This document shows positions 1 through 7,238 of a stretch of 32,000 nt of DNA, piece after piece. The first letter of the stretch is position 1, and each line of letters opens with the position of its first letter. The notes under the pieces were generated by a model. The model was not told where the DNA came from and did no database searches. It saw nothing but the letters and a program-made list of their open reading frames with translations. Both the position numbers and the translations under genes were made by a program. The DNA is from Candidatus Kuenenia stuttgartensis (GTDB taxonomy: Bacteria; Planctomycetota; Brocadiia; Brocadiales; Brocadiaceae): the NCBI RefSeq assembly GCF_900232105.1, contig NZ_LT934425.1, positions 3,390,001-3,422,000 on the forward strand, in the 5' to 3' direction.

Positions 1-476
1 ATTATGACATACAGGAGGACATCCGAAAATCTTTTTTTATATTTTATCGTACTATTCTTCATGTACCCGCTCCTGAGACATAATTATAATATTGACACTA
101 AACGTATGTTTGATATAATTTCTTTTCGTTACCAAACCTGCCGAAAAATTCAATTATTTGCATCTCTTAGTGAACAATCTTCAAAACAAATTGACGCATA
201 TTAATGACACAAAACAACTGATTATTGTTAAAAAAATTGTGCAGAGGATAATATTCCAATGCCACAATTCCTGCCCTGTACGGAAAAATGTCAGCATTAA
301 AGAACAGCGTTTTTCTCTTTTTCCTCATTTTAAGCAATATTTTATATAATACTGGTTTGTGCATGGAATTTCAAAGGAATCGTAAGATGCCCTCCCTCAA
401 AGGGAGGATTCGTAAATTTAAAATCGTAAATGGATTTTTATAAAATACTTAACAATTTTAACGGGCTTATAGATAA

Positions 477-1904
477 ATGGGTTACATAAAAGAACATTGT
501 GGTTTGTTTGGTGTTTACGGCTGTGAAGATGCTGTTGAGAAGGTGTATTATGGGTTATATTCTTTACAGCACCGTGGGGAGGAAAGCGCCGGGATTGCCT
601 CAACGGATGGCAAAGATATCATTTGCCGTAAAGGAATGGGGTTGATCAGTGACGCCCTGGATGCCCGTATGCTTAAATTCTTAAAAAACCCCGTTGCGAT
701 CGGGCATGTGCGATATTCTACTTTTGGTTCGAGCAATATTGAAAATGCACAGCCTATGCTGGTGGATTATTATCGGGGGAAAGTGGCAATTGCCCATAAT
801 GGACAATTGACTAATGCAAAAAAACTGCGGGATGAGTTTGAAGGAAATGGGTCGATATTCCATACAACTTCTGACACTGAAGTAATTGTGCACCTGATGG
901 CGAAGCCTTCGGTTTCAAGGCAAAGCGGGCTGCCAGGCGTATTAAATCAACTGAAAGGGGCATTTTCATTGTTGATTTTAACCCCAAATGAGATGATTGG
1001 AGTACGTGATCCGTATGGCTTCAGGCCGCTTTCTTTGGGAAAACTTAATAACGGATATGTTTTTGCTTCTGAAACATGTGCCCTTGACCAGATCGGCGCA
1101 GAATACGTTCGGGATGTGCAGCCGGGGGAAATAGTCTCTATAAGTAAAGGCGGCCTTCGCAGTGAATTTTATAGTAATCAAAAAAAACATGCCTTCTGTA
1201 TATTTGAATTGGTGTATTTTTCCCGACCCGATAGCAGCGTGTACGGGGAAAGCGTCCATTTGTTCCGTAAGAAATTAGGCGCGAAGCTTACGGAAGAGTC
1301 GCCTGTTGATGCTGACGTGGTAATTTCCGTGCCGGAAGGGGGAAATTCCGCAGCAATTGGATATTCGCACGCCGCATCAATACCTTTTGACAGAGGTTTT
1401 ATCAGAAACCATTATGTTGGAAGGACTTTCATCCTGCCTCAGCAAGATATGAGACATCGTTTTGTCGAGCTGAAATTAAATCCGCTGAAAGAGACAGTGG
1501 CTGGGAAACGTGTTATTGTAATAGATGATTCGATTGTGCGGGGTACTACCTCGAAATCCAGGTTTGGTTTATTAAGAAAAGCAGGTGCGAAGGAAATACA
1601 CGCGAGGATTAGTTGTCCGCCCCACAGGCATCCCTGTTATTATGGAATTGATTTTCAGCAAAAAGGCGAACTTATTGCAGCCAATAAAACGGTTGAAGAG
1701 ACAAGAAAATTTTTGAATGTAGAGAGCCTGAGTTATCTTAGCGTGGAAGGAATGATGAGCTGTACCACACAGCCGAGGCAGAATTTCTGCAACGCTTGTT
1801 TCACCAGTGATTATCCAACAAACGTTAATGAAGAAATGGATAATGTAACGGATAGTTTTTCCGTTGATGAAGCGGAAAGATTGAGCCGATGTGTAATTAA
1901 ATAA
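477..1904 (+). CDS. purF: amidophosphoribosyltransferase (glutamine PRPP amidotransferase)
   Basis: 475-aa ORF. N-terminal ...EHCGLFGVYG places the Ntn catalytic Cys of class II amidotransferases. PRTase loop VIVIDDSIVRGTTS. C-terminal Cys residues (CPPHRHPCYYGID, CNACF) fit Fe-S type PurF. Confidence 0.95.
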   Translation: MGYIKEHCGLFGVYGCEDAVEKVYYGLYSLQHRGEESAGIASTDGKDIICRKGMGLISDALDARMLKFLKNPVAIGHVRYSTFGSSNIENAQPMLVDYYRGKVAIAHNGQLTNAKKLRDEFEGNGSIFHTTSDTEVIVHLMAKPSVSRQSGLPGVLNQLKGAFSLLILTPNEMIGVRDPYGFRPLSLGKLNNGYVFASETCALDQIGAEYVRDVQPGEIVSISKGGLRSEFYSNQKKHAFCIFELVYFSRPDSSVYGESVHLFRKKLGAKLTEESPVDADVVISVPEGGNSAAIGYSHAASIPFDRGFIRNHYVGRTFILPQQDMRHRFVELKLNPLKETVAGKRVIVIDDSIVRGTTSKSRFGLLRKAGAKEIHARISCPPHRHPCYYGIDFQQKGELIAANKTVEETRKFLNVESLSYLSVEGMMSCTTQPRQNFCNACFTSDYPTNVNEEMDNVTDSFSVDEAERLSRCVIK

Positions 1905-1913
1905 ACTCCCCCC

Positions 1914-2921
1914 TTGGATTATAGGCAAATGTATTTCATAAATCCCCTCTATCTGGTAAAAGGTATATTTGGCAGAACATTTTATATCTTTCCGGAACGA
2001 CCGGAACGTATTCAGATAGAAATTACCAACCGCTGTAATTATAGCTGCGGTATGTGCCCGAGAGAGACATTCAACCTGCCGGAAAAAGACATTCCTTTTG
2101 ACCTCTTTAAACATATCATTGACAGGATTGATTCCCGTTATAACGTTACGCTTACCGGCTGGGGAGAACCTTTGTTGCATCCGCAATTAATGGAAATGAT
2201 TGCCTATACAAAAAACAAAGGGCATAAAGTCGGATTAACGACGAATGGTTTATTGCTGGCGCAATATACAGAAAAATTCATAGAAATACGGTTAGATAAA
2301 CTTACCATTTCGTTGGATAGTATCGATGATGAATCTGGCGCAAAAGAGGGACATCCGTCCAGCAAGGTAGTGCAAAAGAATATAGAGTCGCTTGTTAAAC
2401 TGCGGGGTACAAAACCCATTCCTGTTGTTACCATACAAATTACCATGCACGATGAGAAACAGTGTTTGGATGCCGTTCGTTTGGCGGGAGAAATTGGCGC
2501 AGACCGTGTTTATTTAATACGGTTAAATATGCCTATGGATAAAAGCGGTTTTAAAAGGCCTGGCTTAAAAGAAGAACTGGAAATTTATGAGAAATCGGAG
2601 CAAATAGCCAGTGAATATGGATTACAGGTGGACAACAATTATACCGCATTTGACAATATTTTGTTCCGTTTCCTCTATAAAAAAATGCGTCCGGCAATGT
2701 ACCGGTTTGATAAATATTGCCCTAAGCCATATGATTACTTGTATATTAACATTGACGGCAGGGTTACGCCATGCTGCGACCTTCCCAGGCATGAAGTCGG
2801 CAATATTTTAAAAGAAGACATTGACGAAATCTGGAATAGTGAAAATATGCAGTATTTTCGCAAAAACCAGAATGATATTTGCGGCAATTGTGACGCATTG
2901 CGGCTGAAACAAATTGGATAA
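1914..2921 (+). CDS. radical SAM protein with C-terminal SPASM/twitch-like Cys-rich domain
   Basis: CX3CX2C cluster motif in IEITNRCNYSCGMCPRE. C-terminal CPKPY...GRVTPCCD...CGNCD auxiliary-cluster pattern. Begins 9 nt after the purF stop. The 1914 start is TTG; an in-frame ATG lies at 1929. Confidence 0.85.
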   Translation: MDYRQMYFINPLYLVKGIFGRTFYIFPERPERIQIEITNRCNYSCGMCPRETFNLPEKDIPFDLFKHIIDRIDSRYNVTLTGWGEPLLHPQLMEMIAYTKNKGHKVGLTTNGLLLAQYTEKFIEIRLDKLTISLDSIDDESGAKEGHPSSKVVQKNIESLVKLRGTKPIPVVTIQITMHDEKQCLDAVRLAGEIGADRVYLIRLNMPMDKSGFKRPGLKEELEIYEKSEQIASEYGLQVDNNYTAFDNILFRFLYKKMRPAMYRFDKYCPKPYDYLYINIDGRVTPCCDLPRHEVGNILKEDIDEIWNSENMQYFRKNQNDICGNCDALRLKQIG

Positions 2922-2934
2922 TGATAAATTGAAT

Positions 2935-3129
2935 ATGGTTAAAAATAGTAAACTACTCCAGCAGTTTGAACGAAGCCTTAAAAAAGAAAAACCTGACTAT
3001 CAGAAAAACATGGAAATCTTTGAAGGAATGTATAAGGAGGCGGTTTATCTCAACGCAATCCCTTTGAAAGACCCGCTGGATGGGCTGGAAGTAGATATAA
3101 AAATTGCCCGAGTGAGCAATAGTGTTTAA
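2935..3129 (+). CDS. small hypothetical protein, likely the upstream partner of a now decayed nucleotidyltransferase gene
   Basis: ORF in the track (2914..3129); first in-frame ATG at 2935. C-terminal ...PLKDPLDGLEVDIKIARVSNSV. It overlaps the start of a truncated NTase-like frame, an operon-style arrangement. No family confirmed. Confidence 0.45.
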   Translation: MVKNSKLLQQFERSLKKEKPDYQKNMEIFEGMYKEAVYLNAIPLKDPLDGLEVDIKIARVSNSV

Positions 3130-3380
3130 AGAACTTATTGAAAGAATTGCTGTGAGTTTGGATCAGGATATGATCCCTTATATGATCATCGGCGGGCAGG
3201 CGGTTCTTTAAAAAATCCTTTGCTACTGTATCAAATCGGGAAATATGGTGAACCTGTCTATGAGAAAGATGAAGAAGTTTACATTTGCTTCTTAAACTGG
3301 GCACGGTTTACCTACGAGGACAATATGAGGTTTCACAAGGGATTGGACGAATTAATCATGGAAGACCTGAAAAAGCTATG
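3122..3380 (+). pseudogene. decayed nucleotidyltransferase-like fragments
   Basis: GTG at 3122 opens VFKELIERIAVSLDQDMIPYMIIGGQAVL and stops at 3209-3211, i.e. only the N-terminal strand/helix of an NTase-like protein. A second frame reads ...GKYGEPVYEKDEEVYICFLNWARFTYEDNMRFHKGLDELIMEDLKKL*, which resembles the C-terminal helices of MNT-type proteins such as 20941..21345. Confidence 0.4.
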
Positions 3381-3417
3381 ATTATTCCTGACTGGATTAA
3401 CTGGAAAAATTGGGTGG

Positions 3418-3468
3418 CACAGACAAACCCTGTTCCTGTGCGCTTTGAACAGGAATTGTTTGTCTGTG
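3418..3468. repeat. interrupted 18-bp stem hairpin (CACAGACAAAC-CCTGTTC / GAACAGG-aatt-GTTTGTCTGTG)
   Basis: Inverted repeat read directly: 3418-3435 pairs with 3447-3468, with a 4-nt bulge. The outer arm recurs at 24816..24840 with a compensatory change. Confidence 0.7.
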
Positions 3469-3530
3469 TTTAGTGAAAATAGTTCTTATAAAGAGAAATA
3501 TGTCAATAAGTGAAATTTTTAAAGTATCAT

Positions 3531-4040
3531 ATGAGTGACGACAATAAATCACACATCCCTAAACTCATTCTTGCTGGTGTCATTGGAGTGCTTGCTGGAA
3601 GCTGGTGGAAATCTGCTAAGATTGCAGAAAGTAAGAAAAGTAGAGCCGAATGTGAAAGCCCGGATTTTGTGAATGAGGCATGTTACAAAATTAATGAGCT
3701 ATTGAATGAATTAGAGATTTTAGATGAAATGGAAGATGAAGATGATTTCCGTGATGTTTTGGCTGAATATTTAACTAAATATACAGATTTTGAAATTGAA
3801 CTTACACCAAATACTTTAATTGGGCAACCAGATATTTTGATTGGTGGTGTGTTAGCCCTTGAAGTAAAGTATAATCCCAACAAATCTGAAATGGATCGTT
3901 GTATTGGTCAATGTGCTGGTTATTCAAGGGAATGGGTAACATGGATAATTCTTTATGATACACCTCCTAGTCGAATCAATTATATATCTGAAGTATTAGT
4001 CGATAAAGGGTTGGACTATATTCCAATTATTTCGTTTTAA
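3531..4040 (+). CDS. membrane-anchored PD-(D/E)XK nuclease-fold protein (hypothetical)
   Basis: One N-terminal hydrophobic helix (IPKLILAGVIGVLAGSWW), an acidic linker, then E (LAEYL), GQPDILIGG and LALEVKYN followed by a helix with Q (CIGQCAGY). That is the alpha-beta-beta-beta-alpha-beta order and D...E-x-K spacing of restriction-endonuclease-like folds. The track start 3510 is GTG; ATG at 3531. Confidence 0.55.
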   Translation: MSDDNKSHIPKLILAGVIGVLAGSWWKSAKIAESKKSRAECESPDFVNEACYKINELLNELEILDEMEDEDDFRDVLAEYLTKYTDFEIELTPNTLIGQPDILIGGVLALEVKYNPNKSEMDRCIGQCAGYSREWVTWIILYDTPPSRINYISEVLVDKGLDYIPIISF

Positions 4041-4292
4041 GAAGATAACTTGTTATTTGTAAATTCTTTATCCTTTTCAGAAACGAGATAGTTCACTCTT
4101 ACGATGTGAATATTTACTTGGTCAGGAGTAAAAGAAATATAAATGTGATAATTCGGTTTTATAAGAAGTACGTGGAAAAGATTTAATTACTGTTGTGGGA
4201 GTCGCTTTGATTTAAAAGTTGGAAATTGATGCGTAATAAAATTGTAAGGCGGGTGGGTATTTATAAGTCTCAAACTATACATCCAAACCAGT

Positions 4293-5072
4293 ATGGGTAC
4301 ACATAATAAGATGGATTTTTATGATTCTTTAGCTGTATTGGGGGCTTTAGCGTGGCTTGTTCCATTGATTTCTTGGATAAGAAATTTATTGTTAAAGCCT
4401 AATTTGTCTATAATTTCCCATAAAGAATTAGAGATAGGATATTCCATAGATGGGCCAATATTAAATATAAACTTGGCATTTTCTGTTGAAAAAAAAGAAG
4501 CTTTAATTAAAAAAATTGATATTATTTTAAGACACGAAAACAACGAAACGCATCAATTTTTATGGGATTGGTTCGAAGAGCAATTTCTTCAAATGGAAAT
4601 ATCAGATCCAGATTTGGGTTCAATGCCGTTTAAAAAAACCCAAAAGGCAATAGCTATCAAAGTTCTAACAGATACATTAATAGAAAGGAAATTTGGATTT
4701 CAAAAAGAAGAATTTAAAGAGGCATATAACAAATTATTTAATTCCACTAATGAAATTTACAATAATATTTATCAAAGTAGCGCGGGCATTGATAGTTTTA
4801 AAATATCAAAGGAGTATAATGAATTTTTGGATTACTTCAAAAATTCATTCATCTGGAAGGTTGGAAAGTACTCGGCGAAAATTAAAGTATATATAGAACA
4901 TGTCGTAAAACCTTTTGAACATGACTTAAATTTTCAACTTACAAATTTAGAACTGAAAGGTCTAGAAACTAATATTAATACTTGCCAAAAAACTATAAAA
5001 AACCACTATACAAAAGAAGACCCTGATTATAAAGCAGATTGGAAATTAGTAAATCCTTATAAAATTGAATAA
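4293..5072 (+). CDS. hypothetical protein with single N-terminal TM helix
   Basis: 259-aa ORF in a very AT-rich stretch. Hydrophobic segment FYDSLAVLGALAWLVPLISWI, then a Lys/Glu/Asn-rich soluble part with no motif I recognise. Confidence 0.55.
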   Translation: MGTHNKMDFYDSLAVLGALAWLVPLISWIRNLLLKPNLSIISHKELEIGYSIDGPILNINLAFSVEKKEALIKKIDIILRHENNETHQFLWDWFEEQFLQMEISDPDLGSMPFKKTQKAIAIKVLTDTLIERKFGFQKEEFKEAYNKLFNSTNEIYNNIYQSSAGIDSFKISKEYNEFLDYFKNSFIWKVGKYSAKIKVYIEHVVKPFEHDLNFQLTNLELKGLETNINTCQKTIKNHYTKEDPDYKADWKLVNPYKIE

Positions 5073-5137
5073 AAATGAGGTGCAACTAATTAAAATGACG
5101 CACGTAATTATATTCATAGCTGTAAAAGGTGGTATAT

Positions 5138-5461
5138 ATGTCCCAATTTCCAATTAAAGGTTGGCCTGCCGATGTGGTAAATAATCTCAATAATTTGATT
5201 TCGGATATTATCAGGAGACGAGAAATTAAAGAGTTTTATATTGGACGGACCAATGATTGCAATGCTACCCAATCGAGGCATGGTTGTGATGATATTTTTG
5301 CATTGTACGAAACTAATAGTTCCGAAAATGCTATTACAGTTGAGGATACCTTGATAAGAAAATTTTTTGGCCATCCGAAGTGTAATAATGATAACAGTCA
5401 TGGAGGCGGTGGAGTATCGAGCGAGTATATATATTATGTTTATCTGGCATCTTGGTACTAA
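5138..5461 (+). CDS. small hypothetical protein, tentatively GIY-YIG-like
   Basis: ATG 5138 follows AAAGGTGG. The sequence EFYIGRTND..QSRHG...ALYE...VEDTLIRKF...NNDN...YIYYVYLA carries YIG, R, H, E and N in the order of the GIY-YIG/Uri core. The first GIY strand is absent at the N-terminus. Confidence 0.45.
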   Translation: MSQFPIKGWPADVVNNLNNLISDIIRRREIKEFYIGRTNDCNATQSRHGCDDIFALYETNSSENAITVEDTLIRKFFGHPKCNNDNSHGGGGVSSEYIYYVYLASWY

Positions 5462-5574
5462 TGATTGTGAGTTGAATAGATTGAGTGAAGCAAAGCATCT
5501 CTAACAAAAACGTGCATTTGCCAACGGACAAGGAATGATAATGATGGGTTTGCTTCACTTAACTCATCCTTGAC

Positions 5575-5599
5575 CATTTGACATCGAAAATGTCAAATG
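5575..5599. promoter_or_regulatory. perfect 10-5-10 palindrome, candidate operator of the downstream TA operon
   Basis: CATTTGACAT-cgaaa-ATGTCAAATG ends 14 nt before ATG 5613. It overlaps TTGACC/TTGACA -35-like hexamers. Confidence 0.45.
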
Positions 5600-5612
5600 A
5601 AAGTATTTAGGA

Positions 5613-5897
5613 ATGTCTAAAATACAAAAGATACGGCAGAAGATTATTGATAAGGACTATTACATCTCATCCCATGCTGAAGATGAAATGTTAGACGATA
5701 AATTGGAACGTGCAGATATTAAGAATGCTATTCTTAAAGGGAAGATTGTAAAGAAATTTACAGAAGATGTAAGGGGGACAAGGTATCGAATAGAAGGAAC
5801 TGCCAGAGACGATAGAATAATTCATATCATTTGTAGGTATAGAGAAGATGGCAGCCTTATTATAATAACGGCATATGCTTTAACGGAGGAGATATGA
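5613..5897 (+). CDS. DUF4258-family putative toxin
   Basis: 94 aa. ...YYISSHAEDEMLDDKLERADIKNAIL.G.I...RYRIEG...RIIHIICRY...LIIITAYAL matches the DUF4258 pattern. A zinc-ribbon antitoxin-like gene follows after 3 nt. Confidence 0.75.
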   Translation: MSKIQKIRQKIIDKDYYISSHAEDEMLDDKLERADIKNAILKGKIVKKFTEDVRGTRYRIEGTARDDRIIHIICRYREDGSLIIITAYALTEEI

Positions 5898-5900
5898 GAT

Positions 5901-6122
5901 ATGATATGTGAATTTTGTAAAGGCAATACGGTAAAGAAAAAAGTAAAAAGGCAACACTGGCTTCATGGCAAGTTATATATTGTAGAAAATGTTGAGGCTG
6001 AGGTTTGTCCTGAGTGCGGTGAGCGTTATTTCCATGCTAAGGTTCTCGATGAAATAGACCACCTTCTTGAAAAGGAACATGACGTAAAAGAACGAATAAA
6101 TGTGGAAGTCGTTAGCCTATAA
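5901..6122 (+). CDS. YgiT-type zinc-finger protein (MqsA N-terminal-domain-like antitoxin)
   Basis: 73 aa with CEFC...CPECGE zinc ribbon, then YFHAKVLDEID. Tightly coupled to the DUF4258 gene. Confidence 0.75.
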   Translation: MICEFCKGNTVKKKVKRQHWLHGKLYIVENVEAEVCPECGERYFHAKVLDEIDHLLEKEHDVKERINVEVVSL

Positions 6123-6277
6123 ATTATGATTACTTTCTCGTAATTTGCTGATACATACAGTTTGTCTGACTTCCAGGATAAGACAAAAGAAGCAAGTTTT
6201 GAGGTCGAAACTAAGTCTAAGACTATGTATTACGCAGTGGATAAAAAAAAGACCAATAATAAATCGGAAGATAAACT

Positions 6278-6502
6278 GTGGAAATAGCCACAAGAATTGG
6301 TGTCGATGAGAAAGTGCGTTTTGGTAAACCTGTCATTACAGGGACACGAGTTCCTGTTGATCTTATCCTCGGTAAATTGGCAGGGGGGATGACTTACGAA
6401 TAAGTTATGGTTGAGTATGAGATTACACGCGAGGATATACTGGCGACTCTCGATTATGCGGCCAAAACATTGGCAAGTGAAGAAATCAGGGCAGTAAGTT
6501 AA
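6278..6502 (+). pseudogene. DUF433-like gene with an in-frame TAA
   Basis: GTG 6278 reads ...VRFGKPVITGTRVPVDLILGKLAGGMTYE, then TAA (6401-6403), then in the same frame VMVEYEITREDILATLDYAAKTLASEE...*. Together the two halves reproduce the DUF433 pattern (G.PvI.GTRipV..il..l..G.s.eeil.ey..lt.edI.aal.yA). Confidence 0.6.
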
Positions 6503-6612
6503 CATGCTGTAGTGTTAATTATTTGTTGGAGGATTTTTAGGTATGAGAAAAATAGTTACCTATGGAAAATATAGAAAAGTTAATATGATATAAAATATGG
6601 AAAGTATATATC

Positions 6613-6861
6613 ATGGACAAAATAGAAAAAGCTATTGAAACAACTGCTACTATTAATGCAAAAAGACAACTTGTATTAGATGAACCATTACCTGTTGCTG
6701 GTCCCCAAAAAGTTCGTGTTATTATATTATTGCAAGAAGAAACAGACATAGATGAAAAGGAATGGCTCAAGTTGGCAAGTGTGAATAATGCGTTTGATTT
6801 TTTAAAAGAACCTGAAGAGGATATTTATACTTCTTTTGATGGAAAACCATTTCATGACTAG
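6613..6861 (+). CDS. putative antitoxin of the adjacent MazF/PemK toxin
   Basis: 82 aa with an acidic C-terminus (...FDFLKEPEEDIYTSFDGKPF). Overlaps the toxin start by 8 nt. Confidence 0.6.
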   Translation: MDKIEKAIETTATINAKRQLVLDEPLPVAGPQKVRVIILLQEETDIDEKEWLKLASVNNAFDFLKEPEEDIYTSFDGKPFHD

Positions 6862-7198
6862 GGGTAAAGTAGTATTAGTTAATTTTCCTTTCGACGACCT
6901 TTCAACATCAAAAGTACGACCAGCAGTATGTTTGACGAATCCAATTGGTTCACACTCTCATGTTATACTTGCATTTATAAGTAGCAGAATTCCATCAGAT
7001 TTACTCGAAACAGATTTAATAATAGATACATCACACGAAGGCTTTAGTGGAACTGGTTTAAAGGTGGCTTCAACTTTGCGATTGCATCGTTTAATGACGG
7101 TAACGACTTCACTGTGCCAACGTGAATTGGGAGAGTTATCTCCCAAATTTCTGAGTGAAGTAAATAATAAACTAAAGAAGTTGTTTTGTATAAGATGA
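6854..7198 (+). CDS. mazF: MazF/PemK-family endoribonuclease toxin
   Basis: MTRGKVVLVNFPFDDLSTSKVRPAVCLT...HVILAFISSR... matches the PemK/MazF N-terminal signature (RG.iv.v.fp.....K.RPavvl). ATG 6854 preferred over the track start 6836. Confidence 0.8.
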   Translation: MTRGKVVLVNFPFDDLSTSKVRPAVCLTNPIGSHSHVILAFISSRIPSDLLETDLIIDTSHEGFSGTGLKVASTLRLHRLMTVTTSLCQRELGELSPKFLSEVNNKLKKLFCIR

Positions 7199-7238
7199 AG
7201 ATAACCATTATTCCTGAATTTGATTAATAAATACAATT

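Noticed and set aside
1-62. Possible minus-strand gene starting at ATG (complement of 60-62) with AGGAG 7 nt upstream (complement of 70-74) and running off the left edge.
   Set aside because: Only about 20 codons (MKNSTIKYKKRFSDVLLYVI..) are visible, with no recognisable motif. That is not enough to report as a feature.
340-476. Region upstream of purF checked for a purine or ZTP riboswitch: three ATCGTAA/ATTCGTAA repeats and a CCTCCCT-caa-AGGGAGG hairpin at about 391-410.
   Set aside because: The conserved purine-riboswitch junction sequences and ZTP pseudoknot motifs are absent. The repeats may be protein-binding sites, but I cannot support a call.
1572-2186. Long antisense or alternative-frame track ORFs: 1572-2186(-), 14368-14904(-), 17303-17716(-), 19572-19943(-), 21665-22099(-), 9274-9630(+), 13381-13719(-), 28757-29084(-).
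   Set aside because: Each lies inside or opposite a gene with strong family motifs. They have low-complexity or unusual composition and no recognisable motif. Treated as shadow ORFs.
2914-3129. The 71-aa ORF overlapping the end of the SPASM radical SAM gene considered as a RiPP precursor peptide.
   Set aside because: It has no Cys/Ser/Thr-rich core or leader-type motif. Its C-terminus and the overlapping truncated nucleotidyltransferase frame indicate it belongs to a decayed two-gene NTase module.
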